A stretch of 64,000 nucleotides of DNA from Strigamia acuminata (lineage: Eukaryota), in NCBI GenBank assembly GCA_949358305.1, contig OX442314.1, positions 5,270,001 through 5,334,000 of the forward strand, given 5' to 3'. The position numbers and the translations under genes were made by a program. Below the pieces are notes generated by a model. That model did no database searches and was not told where the DNA came from. It saw only the letters and a program-made list of their open reading frames with translations. The stretch's first letter is position 1, and each line of letters starts with the position of its first letter. This document shows positions 56,959 to 64,000 of the stretch, piece after piece.

Positions 56959-59900
56959 ATGGCGAATAGGGATGAAACACCCGAAAAGAAACGGGGATAT
57001 TTTGCCGACCTCGTCGATCGCTGGGATCCTGTGCGAATGCGTGCAGAGAGACAGCGGCGCGAGGAAGCGGAACGTTCGCGTGGTTTAAGACCGGGCGCTC
57101 TCCGTGGTCGATTAGAAGAACTGGTTACAGACTCCACAGACCAGCCAAGCTCTATAGAAAGAGAAATTATTCCCGCAATGGTGGAGCCATCACGCGACGT
57201 AACTCCGGAAGGGGTTGCGAGAGAGTCAGCGCGTGTGCCTAACATCGCATCGGCTCCCGAGTTGGACGAATCCGTGCTTCCCATTGAGGTGCGTGGTTTG
57301 AGGGAGTATCTCCAAGAAATGGAGGTGGCAATGGCCGCAAGACTAGACCGGGCCATGAATGCACAGTTGCATCTCTGGGCTGATGATACGGTTGCGCTTG
57401 TCAGGCATGTGGTTGAGGGTTGTGTTGCTCAGCAGCCGCCATTGGGGGATGGAATCCCACTGATTCAGAACCCACAGGAACCTCATATCGTCCTGGGCGG
57501 TGCAGGGCAGCCTGCTCTAAATCCTGTACCACGTCCCGCTGGAGATGCGTCAATAATCCTAACGCCGAGCGAGATAGTACGGGGTGGGGCCCACGTAGCA
57601 CCTTTTGAGCAAGGGAGAGTTTACGTACAGTCGCACCTCGAGGACCCAGCTGTATCTAGAATAAATAGCAATATTATGCGAACAATTATCCGTAGTAAAG
57701 CGTCAGTTCTGGGTCCGCAGCCCTCGATAGCCTTAACTCAGTTAGAGAGGGATAGAGGTTCCGCAATAGGGAATATACCTGGGGCCAATGTTCCCCCCTG
57801 TGCTGGTGTTCCCCTTCCTATGCCTGCAGTTCATCAGGCGGGTGGAATGCAACAACAGCAACAACAGCAATGGCGGCAACAACCTCCACCATTTGCGCGA
57901 TCTCACGGTATGGGAAAATTACCGGAGTTCGACTTTGGCAAAGGCGCTTATAACGCCGTAGATTTGTTTCTAACTCAGTTGCGAGCCCATTTCTATACTT
58001 CTGGAATGGCAGAGCCGGTATATCTTGAATATTACGTACCGCAGGCTCTGAAGGGCGAAGCTCTGGACTGGTATATTGATTTGCTTCCCAAGCCAGTGTT
58101 ATGGGAAGAATTCGCGCAGATGTTCAAAGACGCGTTTTCCCTCACCGTGGCCGAAGCTACTGTCAATTTGGCAGAGAAGCGACAGGCCATGGGGGAGCCG
58201 ACTGCGAGATTTTTGCGCGAAACAAATCGTTTCCTACAAAAAACAGGGATAGTTGGAGACAGCCAAAAATGGGATTTGGCGCAGCGACGACTGCAACCTG
58301 ACGTTGCGGAAATCATGCGTCAAATGGGGGTGATGACTTTGTCGCAAGCCATTGCTAGGGGACAGCAGGCGGATAGCGAATTACAGTTACGTTCCCTCCA
58401 TAAGAGAGATTTCGACTTGCACGGTGTGAAAAGGGGGCAAATGCCGGTACCTCACACAGCAACTCCTACCAAGCAAGAAGCCGCCGTGAAAAAGTCGGAA
58501 GAGGCGACTAAGATCTCGTCTCGACACTTTTTTACGCGCAATAAGGTTGCGGCCGTGATGGAAGTCTTGGGTGAATTGGAAGATGGTGGGATGTTCGATG
58601 ATGATAATCAAAGCATCATGGCGCAAACAGTCCGTAGTTTTATGGCTGAAAAAGTTGCGCCTTCTACTGAAGTTGGGCCACTAGTGAAAACTGGGGTTCC
58701 GCATGTCTGCACCCAAAACAATTCTTTTCCCCAAGGTTCCGGCCCTCCTATGGACATTAAATTGCCACCCGGAGCGGAGTGGGCTAAAAACAGGCGCGAT
58801 CGCTGGTATATGCGCGACATTAAATTGAACGCGCCACTGTGCCCGCACTGTTATAAACCCTGGGTCGTTCCGGGAAACGGGAAAGGGCCACCACCGAAGT
58901 CCGATACCAAGGTGGCGGACCCAAAAAAAGAAGTAGGTGAACAACCTAAAGCTGTATCGGAACCACTGAGAGTGGGGCGCGTGTTGCCACCAAAATCTGT
59001 GTTGACCGCGCCAAATACTGACCCTGTACTTCCGAAGTTGACTTCCTTTGTGATGATTTCTCCTAAAGAGAAAGATGCATCCAAGGAGCCAAGAATCGAC
59101 ATTGGGTTGGGAGAGAGAACGCGACGTGATGCTCCTTACGTGAAAATCGTTTGGAATGACATCCAATTTATCGCGATGTTCGACTCTGGTGCTCAGACCT
59201 GCATCATAGTCAAGGATCTCTATGACCAACTGCATGAGAAGATGGGAGTGGAAATGGTTGTGCTGCACGAGACCATTCGCGTTGCTAATAATCTTTTAGT
59301 TGAGGTTTTAGGTAGCGTAGAAATGACGGTGCGCGCCCCCGATACGCTCATCTCTTTTGTGTGCTTGATTATAGAAGAGGCAACGACAGACTTGCTTCTT
59401 GGCCGGGACTTCTGTCGAGCAGTGGGGTTATGTACTGACCATGGTCTTAATTGCTGGTTCATTAGGGGTTCGGCGGAACGGCGTAGTTTCATGACTCTGA
59501 AACAGGCGCAGGCCTCCGACCCCGTGCTTTTATTTCCGCTGCTCCCCACCACCCCTAAGATGGCAGATCCTGCCCCGATCAGTGAAATAAACTGTGTTTT
59601 GTTGAATCATCGCGCTTTACCTGCCGAAACTTTTGAATTGCCGCATGACGATGCGCCATTTCGGGTTAAGGTAGCAGTATCGCGTAAAAAGGCAGAAAAT
59701 AGGGACTGGACTTTCCTATGGTCACCTCCGCGACGCGAAAAGTCGCGCAGAGTAAAATTCCGCGATACGACACGTGTCTACTTTTCGTTCTGCGCTATTT
59801 CAGGCGCATTGTGCGGGAATGGGCATCGTGAACAAGTACATTTCAGTTTACCACCCACAAGGGAACTTGGCGGAGCGCCTAAACCAGTCGTTGAAAACCT

Positions 59901-60057
59901 GCATCCTCGCGTACATCGACGAACATGTGAATTGGGACCGTCATATTGGCTACTTCATCTTAGCGATCAACAGCAGCTACCAAACATCGTTGAAGTTCTC
60001 GCCATATGCGATGGTAGTTGGTCAAGAAGCGCGTTATCCAGGCGACCTCGACAGTGA
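56959..60057 (+). CDS. gag: Gag-protease polyprotein (1032 aa; the last ~100 aa are out-of-frame read-through over integrase remnants)
   Basis: KLPEFD..LKGEALDWY..WEEFAQMFKDAF capsid-like region; FDSGAQTCII..LLLGRDFC aspartic protease; no YxDD motif. Confidence 0.85.
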   Translation: MANRDETPEKKRGYFADLVDRWDPVRMRAERQRREEAERSRGLRPGALRGRLEELVTDSTDQPSSIEREIIPAMVEPSRDVTPEGVARESARVPNIASAPELDESVLPIEVRGLREYLQEMEVAMAARLDRAMNAQLHLWADDTVALVRHVVEGCVAQQPPLGDGIPLIQNPQEPHIVLGGAGQPALNPVPRPAGDASIILTPSEIVRGGAHVAPFEQGRVYVQSHLEDPAVSRINSNIMRTIIRSKASVLGPQPSIALTQLERDRGSAIGNIPGANVPPCAGVPLPMPAVHQAGGMQQQQQQQWRQQPPPFARSHGMGKLPEFDFGKGAYNAVDLFLTQLRAHFYTSGMAEPVYLEYYVPQALKGEALDWYIDLLPKPVLWEEFAQMFKDAFSLTVAEATVNLAEKRQAMGEPTARFLRETNRFLQKTGIVGDSQKWDLAQRRLQPDVAEIMRQMGVMTLSQAIARGQQADSELQLRSLHKRDFDLHGVKRGQMPVPHTATPTKQEAAVKKSEEATKISSRHFFTRNKVAAVMEVLGELEDGGMFDDDNQSIMAQTVRSFMAEKVAPSTEVGPLVKTGVPHVCTQNNSFPQGSGPPMDIKLPPGAEWAKNRRDRWYMRDIKLNAPLCPHCYKPWVVPGNGKGPPPKSDTKVADPKKEVGEQPKAVSEPLRVGRVLPPKSVLTAPNTDPVLPKLTSFVMISPKEKDASKEPRIDIGLGERTRRDAPYVKIVWNDIQFIAMFDSGAQTCIIVKDLYDQLHEKMGVEMVVLHETIRVANNLLVEVLGSVEMTVRAPDTLISFVCLIIEEATTDLLLGRDFCRAVGLCTDHGLNCWFIRGSAERRSFMTLKQAQASDPVLLFPLLPTTPKMADPAPISEINCVLLNHRALPAETFELPHDDAPFRVKVAVSRKKAENRDWTFLWSPPRREKSRRVKFRDTTRVYFSFCAISGALCGNGHREQVHFSLPPTRELGGAPKPVVENLHPRVHRRTCELGPSYWLLHLSDQQQLPNIVEVLAICDGSWSRSALSRRPRQ

Positions 60058-60633
60058 CACCGACGACGGGGAGCCTCTTCCACCAAGGCGAGGCATCTAC
60101 ATCGTTACATGTTACGCGTTGGAGTCGAGGCGCGAAAGAACTTGAAAATCGCGAATTTACGTCACAAGCGATGGTATGACAGGAAGCGGAGGCCCCACGA
60201 CTTCAAGCCTGGCGACTGGGTCACGCTGAAGAGCAGGATTCTTTCGTCGGCCGACAAGCAGGTCTCCGCGGGATTTCAGCAACGAACGGAGGGAATTTAC
60301 ATCATACACCGGATCATCGGGCCGAACACCGTGCTGCTGATGAAGGAGGACGGCAGTGTCACTCAGCCTTACCACATAGTGGACCTTCGACATTGGTACA
60401 GCGACCCCGAGGAAGACGCGAGGGTGGCGGCGGATGCTTTGGACCCTCCGGACGCGCTGAGTATGGCTGGAACTGGTGGCAGCGCCAAGTATTTTATTTC
60501 CAAGGCGGACATGGACGATATTCACGCCCGAGTGGACAAATTCAGTGCGGAATCACGCGAGATTTGCATGAAGTATTACGCCGAAAATAGGGTTCGGCTG
60601 AAGGATTGTGAGTTGGGAGAAAGTTCGTCATAA
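59774..60633 (+). pseudogene. Integrase C-terminal remnant (frameshifted)
   Basis: YHPQGNLAERLNQSLK..W..AINSSYQTSLKFSPY and, in another frame, YDRKRR..FKPGDWV..ILSSADK; HHCC and the first catalytic Asp residues are missing. Confidence 0.85.
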
Positions 60634-61183
60634 GTGCCTTCTTTTTCTACTTTTAAAGTGTTTTTTGTAATATTAATCCGTTGTTTAGCATAGTTTCGAT
60701 TTTTAGCTGAGTTTTGATGTTCGTGAATTTTGTTTATTGGAATGAGTGTGTTCGTTGGTTTTTTGGTGTCTTTTATAACATTTTTACTGATTGTTGTCGT
60801 TTGTCAGCGTTTCGACGGAGATGCGGGGTTAAAACTCCATTCTTTTCCTGTCGGGATGTTTACGCGACTTTGTTTTCATTAATTTGAATTTAGTGTTTAT
60901 TTGTCTCTGTAGTGAGTAGTAGTCGCGAGCATTGAGATCTCTATGCGAGTGATTGATGCAATTAGTGCATTTGTGCCTGGCGCTCGGGCTAGTAGTTTAG
61001 TTTTTGTTTTCGGCGCTTAACGCTTGTATTGTTGAGTCTACGCGATGAGTCTCGCGCCTCATTAGTGTTTGATTTTTGTTTTTGATCATTCCAACAGTGT
61101 CATTTGATTTGATTTCTTGTATCGCATTTTACTTTCGTTTTCAGATTTTGAACAGAGATTAAAACACTCTGGTCCGAGGGGTG

Positions 61184-62183
61184 TGTCACGGCCCGGCATT
61201 TACGCGCTTTGTAATCCTCACCTAATTGTTGTGTTGTGCGCGTTATTCCGTGTGTTTTCCACCATTGTTAAAACTCCCAATAAATCCCTAAACCTATTTG
61301 TGTTTGAATTTGAGTTTTGATTTGTCCTCATTTCCTATTCATGTTTATCCCTTGACCTGGCCTGGTGTGGCTCAATTTGGCCACATCAGACTAGTCTAAG
61401 TCAGGTATTTCCCACTGTTACCCCTCCTGATTTCATTTAGTTTATCCTACCTAATTTAAATGTTTAGTCACTCGCGACTGACTCATCGCGATGATTATTC
61501 ACGAGCGCGCCTGATTGGCCCACGCGTGCTTGACTCATGGTTCTCCCCTTGTTTTCTGTGATAGACTTGGCCCAAGTTCACTTCTGAGCGTTTTCAGCCA
61601 AGTCCGATCAGAAGGCATCAGACCATGAGCTATCGTAAGTGCCTTAACTGGCCGTTGTGCATTTGGCAGTCTCTCCTGTGTTAACTCACAGTATAACTCC
61701 ATGCCACGTAATTGTGCATGTTTGAGTATATTCATGGTCATATCGCGTGCTTAATCCCGCGTCTCACCTTTGAATTCCTTTCCCTTCGTTGATCTTTTGT
61801 GTTTACAGGACGTTTTATGCCGCTGACGTGCCTCTGGACTAGAAGTTTGATTCGAGTAGCTAGCGAGTTATTATTTCGTCTTTTGTGCGCGATCCGCGCG
61901 CGCTTGCTCGGTCTGGCCACTCCGCCTCCAGGAGTCCCATCCAGATTAGCATTAGCCACGCTAGCGTTGTTTAGTCCGCGCGTGTGCATCATCTTCTATT
62001 TTTACGATTCCAACAAACCCGGTAAAATTTGTGAAATGATCGAATAGGGGAATAAGCTTGCCGCCACCCTCCAGGCTGCTTATTGTTGCCCGGGCCCTTA
62101 TTCGGGACCAGGCTCTCCCAGTATCGTAACTGGCGCGCCTTTCAAACGCGGTTTCAATCATCCGAAACAACCGGTTCATGACA
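61184..62183 (+). repeat. 3' LTR of the RT-less Gypsy
   Basis: Copy of 55743-56742; followed by the TSD GTAC. Confidence 0.95.
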
Positions 62184-64000
62184 GTACTGACAACAGAAAA
62201 TGAAGAAGAAACAGAGCAAGGTAAAAAAATTAATACTACATTTTGTTTTCACTTTTAACACATCTTTTTAAACATTTAGAAACAGCTAACCTCAGTTTTA
62301 ACAGTCCAGTTAATTTGAATGCTGGTCTAGAGTTCATTATTGGTAAAATTAAAATTTTAAATTCATCCCTACAGATTAATTAATTAATTTATTTTTATTT
62401 TTATTCTTATAGCTGAAGGTCTTAAAATTCAATCTAATGAATTTCAAGAAATTGTTAACCAATACATTACCGCTAAATATCCACCAGTTTCACTTGAGCA
62501 AATTCTTGTGATTGAGGCTAAAACCAGAGGACAAATTAATAATGCAAACTGGTTAAATCACAGAAAAGGAAAATTAACATCCTCTAAATTTGGAGAGATG
62601 GTTAAGTGCATAAAACCACACAGTTTACTAAAAACTCTCCTATATGCATCTGATATTAGCCATCTACCTGCCCTGAAATATGGAAGAAAAAATGAGGCTC
62701 TGGCTGTACAGATGTACATTTTAGGTAGACAAGCAGAGGGTGTTAAGGTGAGTGAGTTTGGTCTCTTTATAGACAACACTTTCCCTTATTTAGCAAGCAG
62801 CCCTGTCAGATTGGTATTCGATCCCAGAAGTGATCCACCTGAGGGTGTATTAGAAGTTAAATGTCCTTTAAGTAAGAAATGTCTCAGTATCAAAGAATCT
62901 TGTACAACAAAAACTTTTTGTTGTACTTGTGATGAGAAGGGTGAAATTAAACTTAAAAAAATACCTACTACTATCAGGTAAGTGGAATAATTATAGTAAT
63001 TATATATTAATCATTTTCTAGTTTTTAAAATCTAACTTTATTTGTAGGTTCAGGAACAGATGGCCATTTCTGGACGACAGTGGTGTGATTTTGTCATTTA
63101 TACAAAGGCAGACCTTCATGTTGAGAGGATTGCAGCTGACCTCGTGTTGAATCCAATCGTTTAAATCGTTCCAAAAGTCTCTGGCTTCTTTGTAAATGTA
63201 AATGTTGGTTGAAATAAAATGGATGCTTGTTGTCACCATGAAATTTGTATGTTCACTGGGGTCAAGTTTATTGTCTCACAAAAACTATATACAAGAAACG
63301 CTCCTATTGGAGCAACACTAATCCGTTAATTGGCTTCAGCTGCATTCTTAAGAGGGGAGCTGAAGCCAGGTTGAGTGACAACAAATCTAACCCAATCTAA
63401 TTAAAAAGGTTAATGACACTAAAAATGTAAATAAACAAATAAAAACATAATAAATGCAAATATCAAATATCAAATCATAAAATATGGAAATTAGCAAATA
63501 AAGGACACTAAGATGTCATAATAAGAATTAATACAAGCAAATATTAATTAAAAAACATTATTAAATTAAGTTTTACAAAATAGCAATAATAATGGCACAT
63601 TAAAGGGAATGTGCACCCGAATTAAATGTCATGAAATCAAATACAAATTGCAAAAATATTAATGAGTCAAAATGCACAAAAATAACACATAAACATTACA
63701 TTAAAGGGATTGTGAACCTTGGAGTAAAACGCCAGTTTTCACACCTCGTTTTCTGAAATGATTGCATACAATCATTGAATAATTTTTTTAGATTTGCTTT
63801 CATTCCAGAAATCCTACTACAAAGGGTTAAAATAGGACTGCCTCTGTATGAAAAAAGTTGTTATAAAAGATTAAAATAATATTGTTGATTTTTGTGGTTT
63901 ATTGTTGTTATAATAAATTAATTCAACATCAAATGACAGATATATTTTGTATATATATTTATTTGCTACAGAGATTGTGATATTTACAATAAAGTTATAT

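Larger units (their letters stand above)
55743..62183 (+). mobile_element. Non-autonomous Ty3/Gypsy LTR element (6.4 kb) lacking RT and RNase H
   Basis: 1000-bp LTRs at 55743-56742 and 61184-62183 (TG..CA, 4 differences seen); 4-bp TSD GTAC; PBS tRNA-Phe at 56745-56762; gag-protease ORF followed by integrase remnants. Confidence 0.93.
54675..63200 (+). pseudogene. Spliced SWIM zinc-finger + YqaJ/lambda-exonuclease-like gene of DNA-transposon type, decayed and split by an LTR element
   Basis: Exons about 54675-54982, 55221-55404, 55468-55618, 55716-55742/62188-62220, 62280-62342, 62413-62977, 63048-~63200. Motifs ANCSCPAG..SCHHVGALL (SWIM), SCTEVLCKW, TRGQ..W..R..LTSSKFG, YGRKNE, FPYLASSP, LEVKCP, VQEQM..WCDFVIY. 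In-frame TAA codons in exons 1 and 3 and a frameshift near 62960. Confidence 0.82.

Noticed and set aside
63600..64000. TTAAAGGG starts resembling Kolobok termini (63600, 63700)
   Set aside because: No matching opposite end inside the window.

Overview
Eukaryotic, AT-rich, intron-containing genomic DNA from an invertebrate, most likely an arthropod (Gly/His cuticle-type gene, pickpocket-like channel). Host genes: a 2-exon secreted Gly/His/Tyr-rich protein (minus, 4445-4836), a complete 9-exon MEMO1 (plus, 6277-10764), and an 11-exon minus-strand DEG/ENaC (pickpocket-like) gene (53879-13509). The channel gene reconstructs to one open 796-aa polypeptide holding TWO complete channel subunits in tandem, with a duplicated exon/intron pattern. 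One of its introns, about 77 nt when empty, has grown to 31.3 kb through nested insertions that can all be resolved by their target-site duplications: Tc1/mariner MITE > BEL/Pao LTR element > (DD41D transposon, solo LTR, intact Copia) > a young 16.7-kb Gypsy. That Gypsy has 1747-bp LTRs starting TA rather than TG, a -1 gag/pol frameshift signal, a 2786-bp internal tandem duplication that creates a stand-alone integrase ORF, and a non-env third ORF with a Zn-finger and RNA Pol II CTD-like heptads. The right end holds a decayed SWIM+YqaJ nuclease gene split by a young RT-less Gypsy. Many MITEs and minisatellites are also present. All calls were made by eye from the sequence and ORF track; no database searches were run, so novelty claims are unverified.
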